Positions 45,528 through 55,321 are shown, numbered from the stretch's first letter. The stretch: DNA of 64,000 nucleotides from an uncultured Collinsella sp. (GCA_902478945.1 CABSMX010000001.1:841-64840), one strand, 5' to 3'. Notes: generated by a model not told the origin, from the sequence alone. Numbers and translations are program-made.

Positions 45528-45923
45528 ATGATCATGGGAAAGACTTTCAGCTTTGTCTCCGGCGCGCTCTTTGGTGCTGCCGCCGGCGCTATCATCGGCG
45601 TTGCCCTGGCCCCGCGTTCGGGTGCCGAGACCCGCGCCATGGCTGCCGATATCGCCAACGATGCTTGGGATAACATGCGCGACACCTACGAGCACGGTGC
45701 CGAGGAGGCCCGCGCCGCGGTTAGTGACTTCGGCCCGATGGTCGACGCCAAGACCGATGACCTGCGTGCCAAGGTCGACTTGGCCCGTGAGCGCATGGAC
45801 CAACTGCGCGAGCAGCTCAACGATGCCATCTCGGGTGGCAACGTGACGCCCGCCGCCGATGTCGTGGTCGAGAACGCCGTCGAGGCCGACGCCGAGGCTG
45901 CGGAGCCTTCGACCGAGGCATAA
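45528..45923 (+). CDS. YtxH domain protein
   Basis: FVSGALFGAAAGAIIGVALAPRSGAETRA is the canonical YtxH N-terminus. GGAGAGG lies upstream of the ATG at 45528. Confidence 0.8.
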   Translation: MIMGKTFSFVSGALFGAAAGAIIGVALAPRSGAETRAMAADIANDAWDNMRDTYEHGAEEARAAVSDFGPMVDAKTDDLRAKVDLARERMDQLREQLNDAISGGNVTPAADVVVENAVEADAEAAEPSTEA

Positions 45924-46678
45924 TGCGCACCGGGGATTTTGTCGGCATCAAGGTTTACCGCAAGCCCGCCGAGGACAAGCGTACTAAAAAGGACGGCACG
46001 CCGCGCAGCCCCAAAAAGCTCGGTAAGATTCACTTTCCGGTCTTTTCGCCGGGCGGCACGCGCGTGGTGGGATTTATGGTTCGCCAGTCCGATATCGCGG
46101 GCATGATCGAGCGCCCCGACCGGTTTGTGGCGCTCGATGCCATCGGTGTCTACGAGGGCGCCATCGCGGTCGATGACGCCAAGGGCACCTACGATGCCGC
46201 CGCTGCCAAGCGCCTCGATATCAACCTGGACGACTGCATTATCTGGGTCGGTATGGATGTGCGCACGGAATCGGGCGATGTCGTGGGCTATTGCTCGGAT
46301 GTTGAGTTCAAACCGCGTTCGGGCATTGTGCAGACGTTCTATGTGACCGCCAGCGCCGCATCGAGCATGTTGGTGGGCGACACGCAGGTGCCGCCGACGA
46401 TGCTGCGCGGCTACGATAACGGCGCGATGATCGTCTCGGATGAGGTCAAGACGCTCGGGTATTCGGGCGGTGTAGCCGCCAAGGCTGCCGAGGCGAGTGT
46501 CGTGGTGGGCGATAAGGTCAAAAAGGGTGCCAGGGTGCTCGACGACAAGGGTTCGGTTGCCGTTGACAAGGGCAGTCGCGCACTGGGCAAGCAGCTCGGC
46601 AAGACGCGCGGCATGTTCAAGGCCTTTAAGGATGAATATCAAAAGGCGAGCGGGAGCTCGTCGAAAGCTAACAAATAG
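45923..46678 (+). CDS. PRC-barrel domain protein (probable)
   Basis: The start overlaps the upstream stop (TAATG). Two repeats of a G-x-V-x-D-x-x-x-D..G-x-V segment suggest tandem PRC barrels. Assignment is from memory only. Confidence 0.5.
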   Translation: MRTGDFVGIKVYRKPAEDKRTKKDGTPRSPKKLGKIHFPVFSPGGTRVVGFMVRQSDIAGMIERPDRFVALDAIGVYEGAIAVDDAKGTYDAAAAKRLDINLDDCIIWVGMDVRTESGDVVGYCSDVEFKPRSGIVQTFYVTASAASSMLVGDTQVPPTMLRGYDNGAMIVSDEVKTLGYSGGVAAKAAEASVVVGDKVKKGARVLDDKGSVAVDKGSRALGKQLGKTRGMFKAFKDEYQKASGSSSKANK

Positions 46679-46750
46679 CGACATACCAAACGATGGGAGG
46701 CGAGCCGGAGACATGTAACTCCGGCTCGCTGTGTTTATGGGGGAGGGCAC

Positions 46751-48154
46751 ATGCGCCAAAACGGATCCAATATTAACGGGCGATCGAGTGCGCGTCCGAC
46801 GGCGCGTCGCGACTTGGGGCAGCTGCCCAGCGGCCAGCGCCGTCGTCGTAAGCCCGGCGCGGTGTACCTCAACCACAGCCGTGGGTTTAGCGATCGCAGT
46901 GCACGCATCGGCAACGGGCGTTCGCCCCGCCGTTCGTCTCGCCTGCCCTACGCGCTCATCGCCGTGGGCTGCGCATTCGTACTGTTTGTCGCCGCCGTCG
47001 TGGGCTACATCAACCGTAGCGTGGACGTCGTGCTCAACGGAGAGCAGACCGCGGTGCGCGTGGGCTCTACGCTACAGACGCTTATCGACGATCAGGAGCT
47101 GACCGACACCTATTCCGCCGGCGACCTGCTGGCGGTCGACGACAGTGTGCTCAAACGCCATGGCGGCGAAAAGCTATCGGTGAAGGTTGACGGCAAGCGT
47201 GTAAAGCAGGGCAAGTGGGATAGCCGCGAGCTTACCGGCGGCGAGAAGATTACGATTAAGGATGGCCGCAACGTCTACGAGAGGCACGAGGTGCAGGCTA
47301 CGACCATCGAACCCAAGCTCAAAGTCGAGGGCACGGGTGCCATCGAGTACGTGCAAACCTGGGGCGTCCAGGGTCGTTCCGAGGTATGGGTCGGCGAACA
47401 GTCGGGTAAGACGCAGGACCGCGGCGAGGTCGTGCCCGCCACCGATTGCATCGTCGCCTGTGCCAGCGTGGCGCCCAAGGGCAATGAGAAGGTCGTGGCT
47501 CTGACGTTTGACGAGGGCCCCAGTGGCGCCACCAAACAGATTTTGCAGGTGCTCAAAGAGAAGGGCGTCGCTGCAACGTTCTTCCTCTCAGGCGATAGCG
47601 TGGAGGGCAACCCCGCTACGGCCAAGGCAATTGTCGATGCCGGATGTGAGATCGGTTCCAACAGCTACAGCGACGATTCGCTCAAGGGCGAGGACCGCGA
47701 GACGGTGCGCAAGCAAATTTCGAAGGGCACCGACGCCATCAAGTCGGCGACCGGCGTGAAGACGATGCTGCTGCGTGCCCCGTACGCCGCCTTTGACGAG
47801 CAAAACTGGATCGACTCGATGGATTTGGTGTCCGCGGTGGTCTCGTGGAATATCGATTCGGGCGATTGGCTGCTTAACGGTGCCGACGAGCAGGTCTCGA
47901 CGGTGCTGAATTCGGTGACGCCGGGCAATATCGTGCTGCTCACCGATAGCGATGAGTGCTCCGAGCAGACGCTCGAGGCGCTGCCGCAGATTATCGACGG
48001 GCTTATTGCCGACGGCTACAAAATCGTGACGTTGAGCGACCTGGTCAAGACGGATACATCGCTGAGCAAAAAGCTCACCTCGCTGACGAAGGTCACCATG
48101 CCCAAAAACGCCGTGTTCCCCCAGCTCGCCGAAAATGACGACACCACGGAATAG
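46751..48154 (+). CDS. Membrane-anchored polysaccharide deacetylase (NodB/CE4 domain)
   Basis: A basic N-tail, a TM helix and DUF348/G5-like spacers precede the NodB motifs VALTFDEGPS and EIGSNSYSD. Confidence 0.85.
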   Translation: MRQNGSNINGRSSARPTARRDLGQLPSGQRRRRKPGAVYLNHSRGFSDRSARIGNGRSPRRSSRLPYALIAVGCAFVLFVAAVVGYINRSVDVVLNGEQTAVRVGSTLQTLIDDQELTDTYSAGDLLAVDDSVLKRHGGEKLSVKVDGKRVKQGKWDSRELTGGEKITIKDGRNVYERHEVQATTIEPKLKVEGTGAIEYVQTWGVQGRSEVWVGEQSGKTQDRGEVVPATDCIVACASVAPKGNEKVVALTFDEGPSGATKQILQVLKEKGVAATFFLSGDSVEGNPATAKAIVDAGCEIGSNSYSDDSLKGEDRETVRKQISKGTDAIKSATGVKTMLLRAPYAAFDEQNWIDSMDLVSAVVSWNIDSGDWLLNGADEQVSTVLNSVTPGNIVLLTDSDECSEQTLEALPQIIDGLIADGYKIVTLSDLVKTDTSLSKKLTSLTKVTMPKNAVFPQLAENDDTTE

Positions 48155-48181
48155 TCGTTTAAGAACGTCCCCAATGACTAT
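48151..48181. repeat. Conserved-loop hairpin (copy E3); its left arm contains the deacetylase stop codon
   Basis: ATAGTCGTT-TAAGAACGTCCCC-AATGACTAT. The TAG stop is at 48152-48154. Confidence 0.85.
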
Positions 48182-48474
48182 GTCACGGATGCGTCAGCGT
48201 TTGGTATACCTGCAATGTGCAACGCATAAATTCGGCGCCACGGCGTGATGCTGATGCTATAGTTACTGCGGATAACAAGGGTCAAGAGAAAGGTTACAGG
48301 TGAAATCCAAACCTCGACCATACAGTCGATGACCCCTTGCAGGTGCTTCTTGCGCATGCACGGGGTGTGAGCGCCGAGCGGCGTGCCGCCCGCGCATGCG
48401 TATACATATCCAGAAGTCCACGGAGTGCGCGCCATCACGGCCGCAGCCCGAAGGAATAATGATGGGGAGCACCA

Positions 48475-50319
48475 TTGAATTATCTGAGTGAGATGCTCAA
48501 GTTGCCGGTCTTGGACGTCGATGGCGAAAAGCTTGGCGTAGTGAACGATTTTGGCATTGCCACCGGCGAAGTTTTTCCGCACGTGACGTCGCTCGCGTTC
48601 CGCGGTCCCGGCAAGACGCCGTTTATGATCAGCTGGCGCAAATGGGTCGACCGTATCGACGAGACGGGCGTGTACCTCAATACATCTGCGACCAATATTC
48701 GCTTTTCGTATCTGCAACCGACCGAGCTGCTGCTTGCGCGTGACGTGCTCAACAAGCAGATTGTCGACACGCAGGGCATGAAGGTCGTGCGCGTAAACGA
48801 CATCAAGTTTTCCATGTCGGGCGAAAATCAGCTGCGTTTGCTGGGTGCCGAGGTGGGCGCTCGCGGCCTGCTGCGCGCGATTAGCCCCGCGCTCGAGCAT
48901 GTCGTCGAGGGCTTTATGAAGCATCTGGGCAAGCCGCTTGGCGAGGACATCATCGCTTGGTCCTACATGGACCTGCTCGACCGCTCGACTAAGAACATTC
49001 AGCTTTCGGTGTCGCACAAGACGCTCGGCGAGCTGCACCCTGCCGATATTGCCGACATTATCGAGCAACTCGACCCGCGCCTGCGTGCGCAGGTATTTGC
49101 GCAGCTCGACACCGCCCAGGCCGCCGAGGCCATCTCGGAGTTCGATGACGACGAGCTTATGACCGAGATGCTCGAGGGCCTGTCCGACACGGACGCATCG
49201 TCGATGCTGGCCATGATGGACCCGGACGATGCAGCTGACCTGATCGACGAGCTCGATTACGAGAAGGCCGAGAAGCTCCTGCGCCTGATGGGCGTCAAGG
49301 AGGAGAAGGCGATTCGTAACCTGCTGGGGTATGAGGACAACACCGCCGGCCGCATCATGACCTCGGAGTTTGTCTCCCTGCCCGCCACGGCAACGGTCGG
49401 TGACGCCATCGAGGCGATTCGCGAGCTCGACGAGGACTTCGAGAGCGTCTACTACGTCTATACCGAGGATCCGAGCGGCATGCTGACGGGCGTGCTTTCG
49501 CTGCGCACGCTGATCGTAGCTGACCGCGATGCCACGCTGGGACAGCTGGCCTATCGCGACCTGGTCTATGTGTCGCCCGACGAGGACCAGGAAGACGTGA
49601 CGGACGAGATGACCAAGTACGACCTGGTTGCCATCCCTGTCTGCGACGAGAACCGTCATATCCTGGGTATCGTGACCTTCGATGACGCCATGGACGTTAT
49701 CGCCGAGGAGCACCAGGAGGACCTGCAGATCGCCGGTGTCGGCTCGGGCGATAGCGCGTCGGACGACTCGACGAACGTGCTCAGCTGGTTCGTGCATCGC
49801 CAGTACTGGGTTGTTGTATGGGGCATCGCGTCGTGCATCATGGCGACCGTGCTGGGAACGGCGCTCGGCTCCGCGCATCTGGTGGTGTTCCCCATGTGCG
49901 CCATGCCGCTCGTGCTGCTTGCTGCCTCGCGCATGGTGTCGTTCGTCAAGAACTACTTCCTCGAGTACGACGGCCACGACGACGAGCCCAAACCGTACCT
50001 GGGATTCTTCTTCCAGAGCACGGGTATGGGCCTGATCCTTTCGCTCGTGACCTACCTGTGCGCGCAGCTGGTGCGCACCGCTGCATTCCCCGATGCGTCC
50101 ATGTTTGAGGAGCAACTCTTTACCGGGTGTTTTAACATCGCGGCCATCATCTGCCTGGTTGGCAACATGAGCGCCGTGATTTACCTGATGGTGTTGTTCT
50201 GGCGTGACGAGCATGACCTCAACACGTCGGGCACCGCCATGAACGTTATTGCCGTCATGATCTCGTGCGTAGCGTACTGCGCCGCTGCGGTGCTGCTCAC
50301 CATGTCGGTCATTGGCTAG
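48475..50319 (+). CDS. PRC-barrel + MgtE-N + CBS-pair protein fused to a non-MgtE membrane domain
   Basis: The MgtE intracellular N-domain signature (DIADIIEQLD...AEAISEFDDDELMTEMLEGL...LAMMDPDDAADLIDEL) is followed by a CBS pair (IMTSEFVSL.., LVAIPVCDENRHILGIVTFDD). The ~180-aa C-terminal TM region lacks the MgtE pore motifs I remember. The start is TTG 48475 or ATG 48493. Confidence 0.7.
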   Translation: MNYLSEMLKLPVLDVDGEKLGVVNDFGIATGEVFPHVTSLAFRGPGKTPFMISWRKWVDRIDETGVYLNTSATNIRFSYLQPTELLLARDVLNKQIVDTQGMKVVRVNDIKFSMSGENQLRLLGAEVGARGLLRAISPALEHVVEGFMKHLGKPLGEDIIAWSYMDLLDRSTKNIQLSVSHKTLGELHPADIADIIEQLDPRLRAQVFAQLDTAQAAEAISEFDDDELMTEMLEGLSDTDASSMLAMMDPDDAADLIDELDYEKAEKLLRLMGVKEEKAIRNLLGYEDNTAGRIMTSEFVSLPATATVGDAIEAIRELDEDFESVYYVYTEDPSGMLTGVLSLRTLIVADRDATLGQLAYRDLVYVSPDEDQEDVTDEMTKYDLVAIPVCDENRHILGIVTFDDAMDVIAEEHQEDLQIAGVGSGDSASDDSTNVLSWFVHRQYWVVVWGIASCIMATVLGTALGSAHLVVFPMCAMPLVLLAASRMVSFVKNYFLEYDGHDDEPKPYLGFFFQSTGMGLILSLVTYLCAQLVRTAAFPDASMFEEQLFTGCFNIAAIICLVGNMSAVIYLMVLFWRDEHDLNTSGTAMNVIAVMISCVAYCAAAVLLTMSVIG

Positions 50320-50327
50320 GTGGTCGC

Positions 50328-51590
50328 GTGCAAAATACCAAGCAAAAGTCGGGCACCAAGCAAAAGTTGACCATCGCGGCCATCTTTGGCGCTATGGGCC
50401 CCGGTCTGCTGGCGGCGCTTTCGGGCAATGACGCCGGCGGCATTGCAACGTATTCCAGTGCGGGCGCCAGCTATGGCTACAAGATGCTCTGGATGCTTCC
50501 CGTCATGACTGTGCTGCTCATCGTGACGCAGGAGACCGCGGCGCGCTGCGGCTGCGTCACGGGCAAGGGCCTGGCATCGCTCATCCGCGAGCGCTTTGGC
50601 GTGCGCAAGAGTGTACTTGCTATGGCGGCGCTGTTGATCGCCAACACGGCTGTGACCATTTCGGAGTTTGCGGGTATCGCCAGCGGCCTTGCTCTCTTTG
50701 GCGTGCCGGCGAGCATCTCGGTGCCTTTGGTGGCGCTGCTGGTGTGGATGCTTACCATGTCGGGTAGTTTCCAGCGCATCGAGAAGATTCTGCTGCTGGT
50801 AAGCTGCGTCTTCGTGACCTATATTGTCGCCGCGTTTATGGCTGGCCCCAACTGGGGTGAGGTCGCGGTCGACCTGGTCGTGCCTAACATTCAAAATGAC
50901 CCCAGCTACGTGTCGCTCGTGGTCGCAACGATCGGTACCACCATCGCGCCGTGGATGATTTTCTTGGCGCAGAACAACGTGGTCGACAAGAACGCGGGCG
51001 AGGACGACATCGTGCTGCAGCGTATTGATACCGTGAGCGGCTCGATCGCTGCTGATATCATTGCGGGCTTCATTATCATCACGACCGGTACGGTGCTGTT
51101 CCCGGCGGGTATTCAGATTAGCGATGCCGCCGATGCTGCCCGCGCGCTGGAGCCTATTGCGGGTCAGTGGTCCACGGTACTGTTTGCCTCGGGCCTGGTC
51201 GCGGCGAGCTTCTTGGCCGCCTGCGTGTTGCCGGGCGTTACGTCGAGCGCTATCTGCGAGGCATTTGGCTGGGAGCGCGGCGCCGACCGCAGCTGGGACG
51301 AGGCTCCGGTCTATCGCGGCATCATTACGGCCATCATTGGCATTTCTGCCGTGCTGGTGCTTATGCCCGGCGTCGATTTGTTCCAGATTATGATGACCTC
51401 GCAGGTCATTAACGGTGTGCTGCTGCCCGTAGTACTGGTGTTTCAAGTGGTTATCGCTGCCGATCGCCATATTATGGGCGGCAACCGTAACGGCCGCGTG
51501 TGGAATGTGCTCACGTGGGCGACCATTGGTGTGATTACGGTGCTGACGGTTGTTATGTTTGTCCTGCAGGCGATGGGCTACAGCGCGTAG
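50328..51590 (+). CDS. SLC11/NRAMP-family transporter with NRMT-type (Mg2+) metal-site substitutions
   Basis: The GTG at 50328 lies 9 nt after the upstream stop. The TM1 motif is DAGG (50430-50441) instead of the canonical DPGN. The TM6 motif is T-T-I-A-P-W (50937-50954) instead of A-x-x-M-P-H. These are the substitutions reported for NRAMP-related Mg2+ transporters of Eggerthella. Confidence 0.7.
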   Translation: MQNTKQKSGTKQKLTIAAIFGAMGPGLLAALSGNDAGGIATYSSAGASYGYKMLWMLPVMTVLLIVTQETAARCGCVTGKGLASLIRERFGVRKSVLAMAALLIANTAVTISEFAGIASGLALFGVPASISVPLVALLVWMLTMSGSFQRIEKILLLVSCVFVTYIVAAFMAGPNWGEVAVDLVVPNIQNDPSYVSLVVATIGTTIAPWMIFLAQNNVVDKNAGEDDIVLQRIDTVSGSIAADIIAGFIIITTGTVLFPAGIQISDAADAARALEPIAGQWSTVLFASGLVAASFLAACVLPGVTSSAICEAFGWERGADRSWDEAPVYRGIITAIIGISAVLVLMPGVDLFQIMMTSQVINGVLLPVVLVFQVVIAADRHIMGGNRNGRVWNVLTWATIGVITVLTVVMFVLQAMGYSA

Positions 51591-51600
51591 CGCCTCTTTT

Positions 51601-51647
51601 GGACTCTAAACAGGCCGCCGCCATGGGCTGCGGCCTGTTTAGAGTCC
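51601..51647. terminator. 18-bp perfect-stem hairpin between convergent genes
   Basis: GGACTCTAAACAGGCCGC ... GCGGCCTGTTTAGAGTCC. No U-tract is present. Confidence 0.5.
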
Positions 51648-51794
51648 ACGGCCTCTCGGAGTCGGCTCGAAAAGAGTGATTTTGGGTTGTTTGCTGCGGG
51701 TGTGGGCTTGGAAACAACGCTCGGGGTGGCGAGGCGCCCAGAATTCGGTCGCAAGGAGGGCGTTCCGCTGCTGTGTCAGGAGTGTCCCTGGGTG

Positions 51795-51825
51795 CCGGCA
51801 CATAAGGAACGTCCCTAACTGCCGG
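51795..51825. repeat. Conserved-loop hairpin, diverged copy (E5)
   Basis: CCGGCA-CATAAGGAACGTCCCTAAC-TGCCGG. The loop core AAG(G)AACGTCCC is retained with a completely different stem. The upstream AGTGTCCCT is shared with the E2 flank. Confidence 0.55.
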
Positions 51826-51882
51826 AGGGGGTGTCTGCCGTGGCAGGTATCCCCTCCGGATGTGGGAGGCTTGCGCTGCAGG

Positions 51883-53865
51883 TTACTTGTCGCCGCCGAG
51901 CTTGTGCGGCTTGTAGGCGAGAGCGTTGACGAGCGCGTCGCCGGCGGACTTGACGGCTGCCGGTTGCGGATCGCTAGCGTGGTCCTCGGGGTGCACGGGC
52001 AGGTCTTTCTTGACTGCATCGTGGATGAGATTGAGGTACTCGGTCACGCCGGTAGTCGACAGGTGCGTGCCGTCGCCGTCGAACAGGTCGTTGCGGTTGG
52101 CACTGTATCCGTACCAGTCGATAACGCGCACGTTCTTGTAGCGCGTGGCGGCATTTGCGATAGCCTGGTTGGTGGAACCCACCCACGGCTGCGGACTGCG
52201 TGTGTTCACAAATACGACGGTACGCTTGTTGCCGGCATCGGCCATGATGGCATCGATCTGATCATCAGTTACCAAGCCATTGGTGCCCAGTGCAAAGACC
52301 ACGACCTTGCCGGCAAGGTTCTGTTGGAGATAGCCCTCAAATGTTGTGCGGCCTGCATCGAACTGGCGGCCCTTTTCGGCATCGATGTGACTGTGGGGGA
52401 AAACGCCGTCAAAGGAATCGACGGCGCGCAGCGACACGGAGTCGCCGATCATCAGCAGGTCGTAGGATCCGTCGGGAAAGCCGTCGTTGTCCTTGTCGGT
52501 GTCGTCGGCTGCCTGCTGGTCTTTGGGTGCGGTGTTCTTGGCTTCTTTGTTGAGGATCTCGGCGCCTTCACCACTCAACGCGGAGGTCTCCGGCACAAAG
52601 ATGAGGCCTCCTAGGGCAATGATCAGCACGACGCCGCAAGTGGCGCACACGGGAATATGCGCACGCACCCAGCTTGCGGGCGTGGTGGTTCCGTCGCGGA
52701 ATTCGGAAACGGTGCGCCCAAAGGCGCCCTTCCTAAACGGAGTCTCGATAAAGCGATAGCAGCACTCTGCCACGGCGACCGCCACAAGTACCTGCAAGAT
52801 GTACTGCCACCAGGGCGTATCGTTGATGTTGGCGACCGGGTTCATAAGCAGCAGCAGCGGATAGTGCCACAGATAGATACTGTACGAGCGCTTGCCGACC
52901 CACACGAGCGGCTCGGCGGCAAGAGCGCGCGCGACCAAGCCCTGGGGCTGTACGCAGGCGGCGATGACCATGAGCGTGAGGATGGAGCACAGCAGCGTGC
53001 CCCCGCGATATTGGAAAGCGGTGTAACCGTTGGTGAGCGCGACCATGGCCGCAAGGCCGACCAGGCCCACAACGCCCATCACGTCGATGGACGCAGGCGA
53101 GGACCAAAAGCGTGTGAGCGCACTCGGCTGAGCTGGGGCGGTCTCGGCTGCGGAATCGGTTTTCTCGCCATGCCCGCCCTTGGCGTTCTTGTCGAGCTTA
53201 CCGCGCTTGGCAGCGCTCACTAGGCGGTCGAGTCCCAGGCGACGGGCAAGGCGAACCGGCGCCAGGTCGCGATCGGGGATAAATGCCATCCATGCACCCA
53301 ACAGCAGCGAGAACACGCGGGTATCCGTGCCGTAGTACACACGGCTGGGGTCGGCGGCGGGGTTGTAGAGCACCATCATAGCAAGGGCGGATACCGCTGC
53401 GAGCCCCAGGACCACACGGCGCGTGTTGGGTTTGCTCATATGCATGGATACCATGGCAAACAACAGCGGTGGCCAAATCAGATAGAACTGCTCCTCGATG
53501 GCGAGCGACCAGAAGTGCGTGAGCGGCGAGGGGTCGCCCAGAGCATTAAAGTACGAAATATCCTGCGCAATCTGCCACCAGTTGTTAAAGAACAGCAGCG
53601 ACGGCAGGATATCGGGGCGCATCTTGGTGAGCATCACGTGGTTAAAGATGGTGCACAACGCGCAGGTCACCACGACAACGGTTGCCACGGCGGGGAATAG
53701 GCGGCGAATGCGGCGGATCCAGAAGCTCTTGAGGTCGATACGGCCGGTCTTGGCTACTTCGTTGAGCAGCAGGCGCGTGATCAGATAGCCCGAAAGCACA
53801 AAGAAAATCGTGACGCCGAGCAGGCCGCCCTGTGCCCAAGTGAGGTTGAGATGATAGAGCACCAC
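51883..53865 (-). CDS. OatA-like O-acyltransferase (Acyl_transf_3 membrane domain + C-terminal SGNH domain); start uncertain or disrupted
   Basis: LYHLNLTWAQGGLLGVTIFFVLSGYLIT and multiple TM helices form the membrane domain. The C-terminal SGNH domain has LLMIGDSVS ... DGTHLS. The conserved RYIPALDGLRTLAVVA segment is encoded in frame upstream of the first usable start codon. Confidence 0.75.
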   Translation of the reverse strand: MVLYHLNLTWAQGGLLGVTIFFVLSGYLITRLLLNEVAKTGRIDLKSFWIRRIRRLFPAVATVVVVTCALCTIFNHVMLTKMRPDILPSLLFFNNWWQIAQDISYFNALGDPSPLTHFWSLAIEEQFYLIWPPLLFAMVSMHMSKPNTRRVVLGLAAVSALAMMVLYNPAADPSRVYYGTDTRVFSLLLGAWMAFIPDRDLAPVRLARRLGLDRLVSAAKRGKLDKNAKGGHGEKTDSAAETAPAQPSALTRFWSSPASIDVMGVVGLVGLAAMVALTNGYTAFQYRGGTLLCSILTLMVIAACVQPQGLVARALAAEPLVWVGKRSYSIYLWHYPLLLLMNPVANINDTPWWQYILQVLVAVAVAECCYRFIETPFRKGAFGRTVSEFRDGTTTPASWVRAHIPVCATCGVVLIIALGGLIFVPETSALSGEGAEILNKEAKNTAPKDQQAADDTDKDNDGFPDGSYDLLMIGDSVSLRAVDSFDGVFPHSHIDAEKGRQFDAGRTTFEGYLQQNLAGKVVVFALGTNGLVTDDQIDAIMADAGNKRTVVFVNTRSPQPWVGSTNQAIANAATRYKNVRVIDWYGYSANRNDLFDGDGTHLSTTGVTEYLNLIHDAVKKDLPVHPEDHASDPQPAAVKSAGDALVNALAYKPHKLGGDK

Positions 53866-54321
53866 CGCGACGACGGCGAGTGTGCGCAGGCCATCGAGGG
53901 CGGGGATATAGCGGGACTTGGGGCGACCGGGCGTCTGCTGGTCGGCGGCCGACGGGCGGGCGCCGTCGTTGGCGCTGGCGTGCGCGGGCTTGCTGGAGGA
54001 TGCGGGCGTACGACGTGAGTCCGCATCACGGTGCGCCTCGTTGGCGCGGCGTTTGCCCTGCGGACGTTCGTGCGGAGTCTGCGCCTGGGCCGTGCGGCGT
54101 CGGCCGCGTGAGCTCGATTGCGGGAGTTGTTACATAAAAAATCATCCAATGACGAGAATAGTCAGCACATATTCATTGTAGCCGCCTGCTCCTGTGAATG
54201 CTTGCTGCTGGCGTAACCTCAAGCGCGTGTCCACATCAAAGTGAACTAAAGTTATAGGGGGTGCGAAGGCGCACGATCGACGGTCGACGTGGGTGCAAAG
54301 CTCGCAGACGAGGAGGTTTCC

Positions 54322-55293
54322 ATGGCAGATAACGGCATTGTTGCGGTGTTCGGCAGTATGAACATGGACCTTTCGGTGGCGTGCGAGCGCATGCCGCGTG
54401 CGGGCGAGACCGTCGGCGGTAGCGGCTTTATCACCAATGCCGGCGGCAAGGGCGCCAACCAGGCTGTGGCAGCTGCGCGCATGGGCGCGCGCGCGTGCAT
54501 GATCGGCGCGGTCGGGCGCGATGCGTTTGGCGATGCGCTGGTGGCGGGACTTCAGGATGCCGGCGTGGGCGTTGAGCTCGTGGCGCATCGTGATGACGTG
54601 GAGACGGGAACGGCGACCATCATTCGCTGTGAGGGCGACAACCGCATCGTACTGTCACCGGGCGCCAACCATGCGCTTGCGGGCGAGGACGTTGCCCGCG
54701 CGCTGAGGCGTCTGGTGGCCGATGAGCTCGACGGCGATGCCAGCGAGATCGCTCCGGCTGCCGGAAGCGTCTTTATCGCCCAGGGCGAATGTGACCTTGC
54801 GGCGACGGCCGAGGCGCTTGTTTGCGCTCACGAGCTGGGGTTCTATACGGTCTTTAATCCAGCGCCTGTCTGCGAGTTGCCTGCGGGTGCGTGGTCCGCA
54901 GTCGACCTGGTCTGTCCCAACGAGACCGAATGCCAGGCGCTGACGGGCATTCTGCCCGCGGATGACGCGAGTTGTGCCGAAGCGCTTAATGCCCTGCTCG
55001 GCAAAGGCGCTGGTGCCGCGGTCATCACGCTGGGCGGTGCCGGTTCGGTTACGCTTGGTGATGATGGCGAGCTGCTGCGCATACCGGCGCTTTCGAGCTC
55101 GGTGGTCGATACCACGGCGGCCGGCGATACGTTTATCGGCGCACTTGCAGCTGCCCGTCTGGAGGGCCTGCCGCTCTTTGAGTGCATGGCCGCGGGCGCT
55201 CGCGCCTCGGCGGTGACGGTGTCGCGCTTGGGTGCTCAGCAATCGATTCCCACGCGTGCCGAAGTTGAGCGCGTGTTTGATTTAGACGATTAA
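54322..55293 (+). CDS. rbsK: Ribokinase (PfkB family)
   Basis: [26 protein letters not shown] and the C-terminal [14 protein letters not shown] anion-hole motif are present. GAGGAGG lies upstream of the ATG. Confidence 0.8.
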   Translation: MADNGIVAVFGSMNMDLSVACERMPRAGETVGGSGFITNAGGKGANQAVAAARMGARACMIGAVGRDAFGDALVAGLQDAGVGVELVAHRDDVETGTATIIRCEGDNRIVLSPGANHALAGEDVARALRRLVADELDGDASEIAPAAGSVFIAQGECDLAATAEALVCAHELGFYTVFNPAPVCELPAGAWSAVDLVCPNETECQALTGILPADDASCAEALNALLGKGAGAAVITLGGAGSVTLGDDGELLRIPALSSSVVDTTAAGDTFIGALAAARLEGLPLFECMAAGARASAVTVSRLGAQQSIPTRAEVERVFDLDD

Positions 55294-55321
55294 GTACAAG
55301 ACGGAGAAGCGGAGTAGAACA

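Noticed and set aside
51676-52614. A 312-aa plus-strand ORF overlapping the 3' half of the acyltransferase gene
   Set aside because: It is antisense to a well-supported SGNH/acyltransferase ORF and has a composition-driven, motif-less translation.
53781-54149. A 122-aa minus-strand ORF (MDDFLCNNSRNRAH..) as an independent gene upstream of the acyltransferase
   Set aside because: It is Pro/Arg/Ala-rich and low complexity, and it overlaps in another frame the region that encodes the conserved RYIPALDGLR motif of the acyltransferase. It is more likely a by-product of the start-region anomaly.
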